Program-made: the position numbers and the translations under genes
Shown: positions 26,726 to 40,500 of the stretch, piece after piece
How positions within the stretch are numbered: the stretch's first letter is position 1
Layout of the letters: the number at the start of each line of letters is the position of its first letter
The notes under the pieces: model-generated
Seen by the model: only the letters and a program-made list of their open reading frames with translations
Databases searched by the model: none
What the model was told of the DNA's origin: nothing
DNA from: Thalia democratica
Taxonomy: Eukaryota
Direction of reading: 5' to 3'
Assembly (NCBI GenBank): GCA_965202585.1
Contig: OZ241827.1
Coordinates: 21,576,001-21,640,000 of the forward strand
Length of the DNA: 64,000 nt

Positions 26726-28749
26726 TAATTTATATAAAATATATTATTTTTATAAATTTTAAGACAAACTTTACAAATAAGCTTGCATTGCTATTCAATA
26801 ACTATTCAAAGTATGAATTTAATTGACCTTATTTATCTTTTTACATCTTTTTCTGTTTTTACTTTTACAAGGTTTCGCACAATCAGTTTTGTGTTTAACT
26901 AAAAACAAATACCATTGTGGTTTGCAAATGATACATTTGCGCATCATTTGCGCTAGTTCTACACAATTGCTAGATATAAACATTCTTTGATTTTATGAAA
27001 GTAGTTTTAAAATGTAGTTTTTATGCAAAAATTTTAAGCAAACTGTAATAAAAACAATCGATTGTCAGAATTTTTTTATATTAATTTGTTAATACAGTAA
27101 TCATATTTTATTGCCATCTAAAGTAGTTCGATAACAAAAAAGCTTACTTTTGATTTTGTTTCGCTATCTATTCGTAAAAATAGTTTAGAACATTAGCAAT
27201 AGTATCAGTCAATTTTTACAGAAAAATAAATCAATAATCGTTTGTTAAAAACTTGTATGTAATATTTTTTATCTACAAAGTTGTTTGGATTGCATAAAAA
27301 TATCTTTATGTATTTTTGTAAAACTTGTGAAGCTATTTCATTTTAATAGTTTTAAATAATACTGCTTTTTAAATACTTTTGTACTATTTAGCAAGCTATG
27401 TATATAACACTTTTTCTATTTAGCACAGTGTATAACTATAAAGTATAACTACAACAAACACTAGTTTTTTTTTGCAAACAGTATTTAGTGAAACTATAGC
27501 TATATGACAATTACGATTTAGAAAGTTTTTCCACTATCTATCCAAAAACTTCAAAACAAAAGTTCGTGAAAGTTTGTTTAAGATTAATTAAACAAACTTT
27601 TTTTTATTCTTCTTATAACTTAAACTAGACGTAACGATGTCTCATAGGAAATTATTAAATGTCTGCTTAAGAATAAGGAAAATGTTTTGTCTAAAAAAAT
27701 TTACACAAAAAAATAACTTAATGACAATGTAAAACGTCTAGTTCGTAACTTTTTTAATTACTTATTTATGTGGCAAACCAGTTCATTTGATTTTTCCGAT
27801 TACTTGGAAGCAATTAGCAGAAGTATTACTTATAAAACTTGGAAATTTTGAAAAACAAAAAGAAAAAAAAATAGATACTATGAAGTTCAGTTTGTATGAC
27901 TAAGTTGTTTTTTTAGCTCAAAAGAATTAGTTTGTTAGTTTTTGAGAAAGTTTCTGATCAAATTAATAAAATAATTTTTATCAAAATTCCGATTAAGTAT
28001 TTCATTCTTAATAAACATATATTCAGATATCTTTTTAAACAACACATAAAAGTTTAAATATTGTTTTTCTTTGTTTTTACGGTTAACAAGCTTTAATTGG
28101 CATAGTTTGTGAAAAAATATTGCAAAATTAAGATATACATGTTTGTCTTAAATCATCAACTTAAAAAACAATTCTAAAAATTTTAAAAACAGAAAAGTCA
28201 TTGGTTATGACTTTATTTAAAACAAAAATGGTGTTTAAAATGACGCTTTCATAAATTGTTCTTCCGCTTTTATGTGAGGTATGTTTTTAATAATTATACT
28301 TATAAAATACTCTTATAGCTTCAGTTATACTATGTAACGAATTACTAAAGTTTGTTTTTACATAATATACCACCTGTGTTGAATAAATATAAATTTTAGC
28401 AAATTAAGTTGTTCAGGTATATCAAATGAACAATTATAAATTGTCCTCAATTAAATTCAAAAAAACAAATCGTTAAGTTACATTAGCAATATAAAGCTTT
28501 AGCCAGTAATTTTTTTTTTTTGAATAAATTTTATGTAAGTATAATTTTGACAATCGACGTAAATTAAAGCTTGTTTATCGTAACCATAAAATTTTACTTC
28601 AAACGTATTTTTATTATTATTTAAAAAGTTTCCAATTATCTATTGATTTGATAAAGAATGAATAAAATAATAAAACGAAATGATTTACTTTCTTAAATAT
28701 AATGACTCCTCTTTTATCTGAAGTTTATTGTTTTTAACTTAAATGTGGA

Positions 28750-30545
28750 AAATTCAGACTCAAGTTCGCAACACTTTCATTAAACTGATCAATTTGCTTT
28801 TATCGACCAAAAGTTTTAACTAATTTATGAGCTGTTACAATTGTTTTTTTAAACTCACTAAAACAAAAACAAAAGCTTTTCTTATTAATCAGCATAAATC
28901 ACCTAAAAATTATTCAAAGATACAAATACTTTTGGAAAATAATTACATCTTTTAGAACTATACGAATCAGTTCTAATTGACTCGTACACATTTTTTTAAA
29001 ATAAAATTGCTTGCTTAAATTGGTAAAGTAAATTTGATTTGTTTCTTTTTCAATCGAAAATATTAACTTATCTAAAAAGATAATAACATTCAATATAAAA
29101 AGTCATAAATAAAAAGAAAATTTTTAAAAACAATATTTTTTAAAACAACATTTTCCAAAACTATTTTAAAGCTTTTTAGCAAAAATATCTAAATTTTATA
29201 ATTCTTTAATTTGTGGTTTATAAAAAATGTTAGTGTTTTATGTCCTTTTAAACTTTAGTTTTGTTTAAAATATTATAAACATAAAGTACTTAAGTTATTT
29301 TTGAAGTTCAAGTTTAACTTTTTGAAGTAATCTGGTTTTAAATTTTTTTTTACTAAATTACTATAAAATTATATAGTTTAAGATAAAAATTCTGATTTTT
29401 AAATTTAAAGTTTTGCTAAAATGCTTCATATCAGTTTTGATTGTTATCATTTATTTTTAAAATAGAAATTGGTATATTAGAATGTTGTTTAAGTTGTTAT
29501 AACTATTTTTTATTAATTTAAAAACTTTTTTAATAAAATCTGGCTCTTACCCTCCTCCTGTTACCATGAAAACTGGTGTTTTATTTATTTCGTAAAATTT
29601 TTAAAATTGTAGTTCAACTTGAAATGTTTATTCCAAAATCTTTACAGGCATTTTTTGCTTAGTTTTCCTAAACCAGAGGATGTAGACTGTAAGTTTCAAT
29701 AAAAAAAACATTTTGTTCTAAAGCTTAACTTAAAAAATTAAACTACAAATTAATCAAAGCTTTTTATTTTATAAAACAGTATTTTTGTCGCATCTGTAAA
29801 AAATTAAAAAACTGTTGGTTTGGATAACACAAAATTTTAATAGTTTTAATAAGTATTCTTTAGTATATGTTTTATTTTAAATTATTATAATAATATTAAT
29901 TGTAAGCCATTTTATTGCTGTATCAAAAACCTGTACTTGAATTGGATTATTTAAATTTGTGTTAATAGGTTTCTAAACGTAAACATTAACATTAGTGGAA
30001 AGTAACTATTTTTTTAGCCTTGAATTATTTTAAATCCTATACTTTTTAAATTCCAGAAACAGTTATAAGTTAAATAATTTGAAATAAAAAAAAAAACAAT
30101 CTATAAAAATGTGTGTAAAAATCAATGTTATAGAAGTATTATAGTTTAAAAGAAAGTTAAAAATATAATAGTAAATCATTAAAAAGAAAAACTGTTAAAA
30201 AAATTAAAAGTAAAAATTATTCTCTGGTTTAAATTTCATTTTTCTTTGACACCAAAGCAAGCGGAGTATTAAACATTAAGAATACTAACTAATATTTTGA
30301 TAAATATCACACTAATAACTACTTAAAAATAAAGAAATTCACCTACCAATTACAAGCGCTTCAATTAGGCTTAACAAATCATTAGTAGAACAAAGTTTAT
30401 ACTGATTAAAACTTGGAATTAAACAACAACGGGTCAATAAATGTCAATAACTGTCATTATTTATTTGAATTTGATCGGGATTAAATTTTTAATAGCCAAT
30501 TATAAAACAAAGTTTTGGGAAACCAATAAAATTCTTTTGTCTACC
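28750..30545 (+). pseudogene. Probable highly decayed Hlx relic (copy D)
   Basis: In correct order and orientation: weak exon-3-like sequence at about 28755, exon-4-like ccctcctcctgttaccatgaaaactggt at about 29530, and a clear intron-4 element at 30409-30542. No homeobox remnant recognised. Confidence 0.4.
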
Positions 30546-31283
30546 TAAACATTTATGTTGTAGTTTGTTGAAAAAACATTTTTTAAATTGTACAACTTTT
30601 AAAAACACTTTAATTTTAAAAAACTACATAATAGTATTGGCAGTGCTAAATTAAATATTAATATGTTTGTTTTAAAATATTTAAAATATATAATAGTTTG
30701 CGGTTCCCATTTACGATTCAATTATTAGTATGTAACTAATTTGCCTGGACAACAAACATTTTTTACTTGACTAGCTTATAAAAAACACACAAAAATGTTA
30801 CATTTAACGTTTTATTATTATTTAAAAGTGGGTGTATCCCACAAAAACCTGATAATGAAAACAGAAACAAGTTGAACTTTGCACGTTCTTTGAGTAAAAA
30901 TTGAAAATTAGTTTCATCATTTAATTGCATTAGGTAATTGTAAAAAATTTGCTTTGCTAAACTTCAGAGCAAATACTTCAAAGTATTTAGAAATAAAAAA
31001 ATAAGATAGATCAAATTTTATTATTTTTCTTATAAAATTTACTATTTTAAACAATTACAAACGAAAATAGTGTTTTTAGTTTGTTTATGCAACTTTTTTA
31101 ATATATTAGAAATTGTAAAAAGATAACAAAGTACTTCTTAGAAAGTAAATTCTACTTTTAAAAACATTTGAACGTTATTGGTATCAGTAAAATTTATAAA
31201 CTTTTAACGCTAAAAACAACTTCAAAGAGATACTACAAAAACCGCATAAAAAAAAGTTTTAAAACCAATCAAAAACAACAAAA

Positions 31284-31925
31284 CTACTCTACAGACTTTT
31301 CTTTTTTGCGCCTGAAAACGTTGGTCATCACCAGCATCACGTTCTTGCCTGGATATTTTACCACGTGATCGTTCACAACACGAGTCATTATGTCGTCATG
31401 ATCGTAGTCAACCGGAAGTCCGGAGTGGGTGACGCAACTCCGCGTTCTGTCGTCATCGCTAAATTGCTCTGTGACGTAATCGTCGCAAACTTCGTCGATC
31501 GTCCTGACGTCATCAAGGGACATTTGTGGATGCGGCGGTTGATTTTAGGTTTTAGGTAAATTCCCGTCTCGCCGTCGTACGTGACGATGACCAGGTTGAT
31601 TGGTAAATGGGGAGTTCGAAGCCGTTCACGCTGGAAACGTCTTGTTCAAAGCTTTTACTTTTTAACAACTTGTTTTTTTTATCTTTGGTCATCACCGAGG
31701 CCACATTGTCCACGAAATCAATTTCTTAATAAAACCGTCATCACTAATTTTAATAACTTCAGATCTAACAATGTCAACGTTTGGTTCATTGACATTCATC
31801 ATAGGTTGATATTCCAGTTTTTCATATGTAGCTAATGATTTCTTGAAATTTTCATTGAAATTATTGTCAATCACTAAACAATCACTATCGGTTTCACCCT
31901 TGTTGGAGATAATTCCACTTATTAG
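31284..31925 (-). CDS. Coding-like terminal exon of unknown protein, broken into three frames as assembled
   Basis: GC-rich island starting at an AG acceptor (tatag|cta). Adding one base to each of three short homopolymers gives a single 214-aa frame ending ...VKYPGKNVMLVMTNVFRRKKEKSVE*. No family recognised. Confidence 0.4.
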
Positions 31926-32401
31926 CTATACTGTATAAAGCAAAATAAATACTATTTTAATCAAGTATTGTCTGAATGTTGTACTAAATTACACTAAATA
32001 TGTATTTAATATTTTATTATCCCTTGACTGATGTAACGAATATTCAATGATCAAATTAACTGTGTCGCAATTTTTATTTTGTTAAAGAAAACAATTAATC
32101 TGTTTTTTTTTTACTTTTTAAGTTGTATTATTATGCCGAAAAAATTTCAATATAATAACAATTTACTATAAGATATTAAAATAGGAGAACCTTTGCTTTT
32201 TAATAAAATGAAAATAAAGTTTTAAAAAGGTTTATTTGTTTAGCTAGTTTTTGTTCTCCAATAACCTATTACATTAATATACTTTTAAAATATTTTGTAG
32301 TTTTTTTTTTGTTTTTTGTAAATTTACTTTTTAAAGATTTATATTTAACTACTTATCAATCAGATAAAACACATGACTGATATATCATAATGACGATTTT
32401 T

Positions 32402-35400
32402 TTAGAACAAGACACGGCTTCTATTTCGCATACTTGAAGTTAATTCAAGTCTCAGGTGTAGGTCGCTTTCAGGTCTTATGGTTCCCGACGGTTTTCCTGA
32501 GTGTCTGAAAATTATTCTTTGCTCCTGACGCCACTTCATTCGTCTGTTCTGAAACCAGATTCTCACCTGCGATATTAATTAGTTGTGAGCATTAAAAAAT
32601 TAAAAAATTAAAAAACATTCGACCAGTATATAAATCTAATCGTTTTTACAAAAACAAACTTTCTTTTGTTATTATTATACTGTTTATTGTGCAATATTGG
32701 ACTCAGACATCAAAAACTGAGCAACTCAAACAGGACACACAAGAAGAAAAATAAACTTATATTAATTTGTTTAATATAATAAGCAATGACTATAATAATA
32801 ATGAAGTAAATTGTTAGTCTGTTAAGGGGGAGGCGTAGGAAAATAAAAATATTTAATATTACGAATAGAAAAATGAAGGAATTAGTAGTTATTTTAGATG
32901 AGATAAATATCATAAAAAACTATTCGCTTATTTTTTTATATTACTTTTACTGGAAAGCTATTGAGTCTTACTGATATTTATACTGTTTAAATAAAATATT
33001 TTTAGTTTGAAGCTAAAATATTCCACCCTCTCACACGATACCACATCCTGTGGTAACTTGTTCCACATAGTCTTTGCTCTGAGCAAAAATTAACTTTGCC
33101 ACTGACTGTAGTTAAAACTATGTTTCAATATTATTTTTCTATCATTTATTCTTAACTGATATTATGTTTATTAAATATTATCTGATTTTTAGTTTTACTA
33201 GTTTCGCCGCAATGTTATAACTTTTTTTTTTGAAATAACCACATTTTCTTTTCAGAAAACAAAAAACGTTTCAAATAGAAAATAAGTTAACATATAGAAC
33301 AATAGTTTCTTAGTTTACAGAAAAACTGCGTATGATGTATTATTGTGACTTTATTTACTGTATCAAAACTTCTATATGTGTATGAACATACAACATTATT
33401 ACTAGTAATAATTAACTAAAAAGACTATTTTAATTATGTTACATTGTAGTAGAAATAAATTTAAACCTGTGCATCAGTAAGACCAAGATGCTCAGCAAGT
33501 CCTAATCTTTCCCTCTTGGCAACATACTTTTGAAACTGAAAGCTCTTTTCTAACTCTATCCGCTGTGTTACGCTGAAATATTTTTCTATTGAACTAAACA
33601 CTAATGTTTTACTATGAAATTAAGTAAAACTTTGAAACTATCAAAATCCACTTGTTTTTGATAGAAAATGCATAACATAAAAAGTTGTAACTTGTATTTT
33701 TTAAAAACAAATCAACAACAACCGTTGTAGCCATTATGTTGTTGCCAATAAAGAAAAATTAAGCTGTATTTGCAAACTTAACTGTATCAAATTGACTCAT
33801 TAATTTTCAAAAGCATATTAGTTTACTTCACACGGCATTGTAGTTTTCTTTTATTGGTTTTAACGATATTTACTTTATTTAAGAGCTTTTTATTTCATCT
33901 TTATATAAAATACAGTTTAAAATCGTTTCAAAAAGTTTTCAAATCAGTCGAAAACTTTTTATTGGTTTCCTATAACTTTAAGTTTTTTCTTCGATCTAAG
34001 TAGAAAACAATTAATCCCAATTAAATGCAAATAAATAGTGACAATTGTTGACATTAATTGAGTTAAATTGCCTGATATTGTTTTATTCCAAGTTTAATGA
34101 TGAAAATTTAGTGTATTTAAGTTTTTTAAACAATCCGTAAAACATTGATAGCTTTTAACCTCTTTTAAGTTTAAATTAATTTGAACCGATAAATGCTAAA
34201 ATTTCTTTTTTTTTAAGTAGTAAATAAAAAACTTTTGTTGTTAACTTTGATTCCTCAAAATTTATAAAAAGCTTGTTTTTTATTTACTGTATAACATTTA
34301 TTTAAACTTCGGAATTAGTAATACACTATACTTTACTTCAATAAACCGTTATAGGTGCAATAAAATATCAATAACTTAATAATATTTAGTATCCTTAAGT
34401 ATTTATACAATGCTTAAAATTGTTCAAAAGCCTTTCTAACTTATAACTATTTCACAAAACTGTTTTTCTAATCAAAATTTATAAATTATTATAAAATTAG
34501 TTAGACATTTTTATGTATTATTATTTAATCTTTTTTTAATAACAAGTTAACACAAAATTAAACAGAAAAAATAAGATAGGTATTTATAAAAGCTGATTTG
34601 TAAAACAGCATTGCGTAAGTTAAACAAACAGTTAAAAAATAAAATTCACTCATAACTACCAAGGACAAATTTTATAAAAAAATGTATATACATAATTATT
34701 TTCTTAAAACTTGTACAGCTGCAGCTTATATGAGTGTTTTACTCGGAACTACCAACTAAAACTATAAAACGTGCGTATGTCTTTTTTTGAAATAAAAGCA
34801 AGAAGCTGTAACACTTGTACTCAGAAGTTTGAGTAAAAGCTTCTTTCATGGCTTGATTTTATTTGTCATGTCTAACTAATATTACAGTATTATAAAGAGT
34901 AATATTTTCTTATTATACTTTGTTTCATTTTATTAAAGCATATGCTGCTATAGTAGTGAAACTGACTTTAAAATATAGAAAAAAAACCACAAACATCTGA
35001 TCTTATTACAAAAGTCAAGGGATTAACTAAAAAATACTTTAGAATAGTAAAGAACTAATAACAAACTAAATAGATCTTATAACAGTTTGGCTAAAAATAA
35101 GAAATATAGATGAAAACCTAAACTAATTACCCGAAATATATACGATATCACATGGATTTGGGTTACACCTACAAACTTTAACTTTAAAAAAAACTTATGA
35201 AAAGTTATATAAGTAGAAAAATACTCAATGCTTCATTTTCTTATGAACAATTGTATAATTATTTAAATGTTTTTTACTTTAAAACGGTTCTGCTCCATTT
35301 TCTGCGTTTCTTATTGGACGATCTTGGCAAATCTTGCGAAGTTGAGGACACCTCCGCACTGCTCAGCCCTGACAACCGGTTACCATGGTGATACGGGGGA

Positions 35401-37580
35401 GAGGAAACTTTACAGGTCATCCGGTGTAGGTTTGAATTTCGTCGAACGATCTGAGGTGAAGCGAAATTTTTAAGTTGAGGCTCTGTAGACATTTATATTA
35501 CTTTTTATACATCTGTGAAGTGAATATTTGCAAAAATTACAAATAGGTTATGACGGTTTAAATTATTATGACATGACCTTAATAAACTATTTGATTTAAG
35601 ATTATAGAATTAGTAAAATAATATTAGAATTTTTTATTGTTAAAAACATGTTTAGGAAATAAAGCTAAAATTCCAACAATTTTAATTATGGCTTCATTAA
35701 TTAATCTATATCTCAAAACAATTATGAATCGAGAAAATAATTAATCTTTTTTTTTTAAAGGCAAATAGTTAGCTTTTCACATTATTTAAAATTATTTAAT
35801 TGTTTTTTTTTTTGTCTAAACAAAATGCTTTTAAACCTTTAAATGTTTACATTTATTTTATAAAACTAGAAATGAGTAAGCTTAACAAGCTTTAAAACAG
35901 ATTTTAATTGTTAATTCTTAAAACATCCGGTGTCAATCACTTAAATGACTTATAGTTGACGAGTTTTTAAATTCTTATCTTTTTAAACTTTATTTGCCTT
36001 TTTTGAATGAATATATTTTATGAACTTTATATATACCGGAATTTTACAGTACTATCCGAATATAAAAACAAAAAAATTTTATATTTAAAAAAAATGAAAT
36101 ACCCGTTTTTTGACAAGTTTTCAATTTATTTACGCACTTTTTCAACTACTTGAGAAATTGGTTGAATAAAATGAACAAGTTCTTTGAATAAAAATTCAAA
36201 TTTAAACTGAATCAACACAAATCACGATATTTATAAGCTTAGTTTGGCCATTGAGTTTTAGAAAGTAAGATAACTTCATATTTTAAAAGCTATTCATTAA
36301 ATGTAGAAACTGTTCAAATAAAAAAAAATGTAAGTTATACAAAATATTTTAACTGAATCATCACAACTCACGATACTTCGAAGTAAAACTTTGCCAAGCT
36401 CGTAAATGGTTTTGAAGCTGACAGTTGCTTGATTGGTTTAAAATTGACCAATAGCGTTTCTGCAAATCACTTTGAGTCGGCAACGCTGGGTCTACAGTTT
36501 GTTAAGTAAAATTTAATGATTAAGATTTTTTTTTCAAAATATCATTTTGTTCTTTGTAAAACATAACCACGTTAATAGTATAAGTCAAAAGATAAAAAAA
36601 TAATTTAATAGTATAAACAAAAACAAAATTGTGAAATATTTTATGAAAAAAAAAATAAATAAAACTAAATTATTGTTTTAACTGTAACACAAGCTAAAAA
36701 TGTTAAAACTTTACTTACAATTTCCGAAAATTTTCTGCAAATTTCTACCGGCCAAACCTTTCAAATTCATGTCCATCAAGCTCTTACGGTGAGCTTCCAT
36801 GGAAGCGATCTGGTTGTAAAGTTTGTTCTGAAACGCGGCCGCCTCTTCTATGTGAGACCTCAGTTCGCTATTATTCGAGTGACTTTTGATGCTCGCATCA
36901 GACGACTGAGAATCCACAGACATCCTGAGCTTCGACGGGTTCCTGATCTCAGGATTAAAAGATATCGTTGGCATTCTTTCTACTTCTGTTTGAAAATACG
37001 AGTAGCTCTTATCCGTGTTTTGGAAAGTCGTCGCTTTTTCTACGGTTTTCTTTTCTTGGTTTCTTTCGCTACCGAGACGCTATCCTTTTGGTACACAGTC
37101 TCAGTCGGGAAAAAGTTGGTCTTCAACGCAAATGGCTTAATGCCCAAAATGGCTTCTATTCTGAAGCTGTTTTTGTTGCTGTTGGCTTTCGGTGCGACGT
37201 TTGTGTGAGTTTCTTTTGTGTCCAACAGGCCGGTTGGTAACATGTTTTGACCTACACAATTTGTTATGGTAGAAATTGTATAAGGTATTTTAACTAAAAT
37301 GTAATACAAATCCTTATTGTAACAGTTTTCCTGGACTTAGCAAGAAAGGTTTGAAACTTAAATGGTTATTTTAAAAGTGATTTAAATTTAGTGAAACATT
37401 AATTGTTAAAACATTTCTAAGACACAAAATAAAAACGAGCATTTAAAGTTATGGTGGTCAATTTACCTGGTTGGCGAACATTGCTGACTTGTACTTTTTG
37501 TTGAACTCAAGCATGTGCTTGTAAAAATTCGGGTCGATCATACTGCTTGTATTGTAATGATTAATCTTTGACTTGTTCAT
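32402..37580 (-). CDS. Hlx: Hlx-like homeobox copy B; two 1-bp deletions in exon 2 as assembled (young pseudogene or sequencing error)
   Basis: Exons 37580-37467, 37251-36719, 36491-36372, 35482-35278, 33572-33467, 32566-32402 mirror copy A. Exon 2 is 533 nt vs 538 nt in A: A5>A4 at about 37247, C3>C2 at about 37044, plus an in-frame 3-nt deletion. Confidence 0.8.
32990..33130 (-). mobile_element. CR1/L2-clade LINE ORF2 C-terminal relic in intron 5 of copy B
   Basis: Minus strand reads ...FLLRAKTMWNKLPQDVVSCERVEYFSFKL, resembling the WNxLPxxVV motif at the end of CR1/L2 ORF2. This intron is 900 nt in B vs 389 nt in A. Confidence 0.55.
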
Positions 37581-40500
37581 TGCATGAGTTTTAAATCTGC
37601 GTTTTGTTATTCGTTGTTTGATCAGTTAAAATAATATAAAAGAAAAACTAATTAGTTAACTAGAAAAGCTCAAGGCGTGTATAAAATTTTTAGAGTATAA
37701 CAGGACGATTAAAAAAATATATTAATTTAAAGCAAAGGGTAAAACTTATCTATAAAACCATCTAGTGCAAAATAAACTTATATGGATTTAAGCATAAGCT
37801 CTTTAAGCATAGCTGTTTATAATAAAAAGTGTTTATATGTTCTTAATAAAATACATGTTTTAGAAACATCGATGCATCTGTTAGTATCGTTTACCATTTT
37901 TAAACAAAACGTCGCTTGTAACAAAAAACATAAGGTAAACAAACTTAATGCAAAACGTTAAAATAAAGCAGATAAAAAAGGTCAAAAAAAAAATTTTTAG
38001 TGCAAATCAAAATTATGAAGGTTAAAGCATAAGCTCTAAAATCATCACTTCTTATAATTAAAAGTGTTTAAAGGTTTTAAAATAAAATTTTTGCTTTCAA
38101 CCATCAATATATATGTTTATACATTTTACCATTTACAAACAAAATATTTATTGTAACTAAAAGTATAAGTTAAACAAACTTCTAAGGTAAGAAAACAATA
38201 GATTATTAAATAGAAACAAGTCTTAGTGTTATATGAAAAACAAGCAAAAATTTAAACATTTAGAACTAATACTAAAAAACTGCGTTCACAACTTTGTGTT
38301 TTAATAAATTACTTCGGAAACACCGGTATTGACTGCGTTCACGAATATCTAGAAGCAAAAAACACAAACATGACTCAATTAATGTTTATCTGCAGTAATA
38401 TTGAGAATGCAAAACAAAAGTTAACTGTTTATCTGGTGATATCACTAACTCGTTTTTATAAGATTTCTTGTCAATAAGTAAAACAAAAACTTAAAGTTTA
38501 TGCAACACAAACTATCTTTTTAAAGATGGTCTTACGCGAGACTAACTACTAATTTGTTTTAATTAACTTTTATTTACAAATGTTTAAGATTTAACCAACT
38601 TTAGACAAAAGTGTTTTTTTTTTAATAAATTTTTAAATTGTTTTGAATTTATTTTTAATGGTTTTATATGTACTAAGTAAGCTTTTTTATGAGTTAAAAT
38701 TGATTATATCAAATAATTTTTAAAATTAACAAATCTATTGACTCTATAAGTAAACTCTCTTTGATTAAAAATTCGAGCTGTTATTTTTTCCGTTTAGAAA
38801 AAAAAACGACATTTTTTAACTAAACTTTTAAAATCTACAACTGATTTAAATAACATTGATACTTTTGTAAACAAAATAAAATCTGCTTTAGGTTTGAAAA
38901 AATTAAATATAAATTAAAGTGTTGCTCAATAACATATATAACCAATCATTATCATTCACTCGCTTTTATTCGATTTATTTTGACAGCATTTTACTGTTAA
39001 GCAGTTATAGATCAAAGTTTTTTTTTTTTTTGCTGTTCATATTGTTTCTCTTAAACAAATATTCAAAGAAAAAAAAAACATTTTTATCGTAAAACAAAAA
39101 CTAAATAAAAACTCTATAAAATTACTTTATTTAAAGTCGTTCAGAAAAAAAAACTCCAGCTTTAAATTGTTTTTGTTTTTTACCATACTGCTTATATTTA
39201 ATCAAATAAAAAACTTAAGAATAATCTCATTTTTAATTAACAGTCTTTTCTTGTTTCATAATCGCATTTTTTTTGCATCTTGTTATTTATTTAAAACATT
39301 TAATCAAATAAGTTCAGCTAATTGAGAAAGCAAATTTTATTCTGTTTGATTCATTACTTTAACTTAACTTCCATTTTCAAAAAAAACAAATAAAAGGGGA
39401 GAAAATAATTCAGTAAATGTTTATTCGAACTTGCATCAAGTTTTCGAGAAAATAATTTGTCACTTCTGAGTACAATAAAATCAAACATTTGTTTCCTGCA
39501 ACGGCCTTGTTGCTTAGCAACAAAACGTTGACACTTGCTACTTTTCAAGCTGCGATGATTAATTGAAATCTAATCTACCGCAATGTAAAAAATTAACAAC
39601 AAGCTTTAATACGATTTCAAACTTCTTTTGCAATGAAGACTAATTTTTAAGTACTAAAAAATCAGCTCTGTTTAGAGTGTTGAGCTTTTTTTTACTTCCG
39701 TCCTTTTATAGTTTAATACAATCGAACAACTTACAATTCAATCCCTTATGTACATTGTTCTAATTTCGATTTATCATCAGCGCGTTTGAATGGCTTCGCA
39801 GAATATGTCAGTTCAAACTGAATCACAAATTTGTTCTTAAGCATTTAAATCATCGTGTGTGTATACAACATTTGTTAAATCAAAACTTATTTTCAATACT
39901 AAGAAAAATGTTATTGATCTTTTTAACTATTAAAGATTTCTTTTTGTTTATTTTTAAAATCAATATGATTAAACTAAAAAATAAATACTAAAAGTTAGGA
40001 TCTATGTTGTTTTTTTATTTTTTAACGAAAATAGTTATTATTATGATAAAAATGTAAAAAAATCACCTAATTGTCTTCAGAATAGCATCGAATTACAAAC
40101 ATAATGATCAACTGCATCTTATAAGTATTTCTTGATTAAAATTTCCACAATAATTAAAAATATATATAGTTCAAATTACAAAAAGTTAAAAAAGCTCTTT
40201 TTGCTTATACTTTTAAACTAACAATCAAATTTACAAGTTTAGTTTTGTTTCAGTTTATAAAAGGGAAAGCTGCAAAAAATCTGTCGCAATTTAATATAAG
40301 CTCACAAAAAACATAAGACTGAAAAAACGATTTAAAGTTAAACATTATAAATATTTAAAGTATACTTTTTAATTAGTGTATTTCAATAACTGGATATTTA
40401 GGTTATCAAAACTATTTCAAAAAGCTATTCTTTTTTTTATGTTAAAGTCATTATAAACTTCTATTCAAAAAACTCTTTATCTTATTAAAGTTTCAAATTT

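Larger units (their letters stand above)
23491..31560 (+). repeat. Copy Y of an older direct segmental duplication
   Basis: Collinear direct homology with about 42150-52000 (23770/42725, 24500/43450, 25990/45610, 27620/47175, 30410/50805, 31535/51965). Confidence 0.85.

Noticed and set aside
31284-31400. KYPGKNVMLV resembles the region before the second His of histidine phosphatases
   Set aside because: No catalytic His there and no RHG motif; too short to assign.
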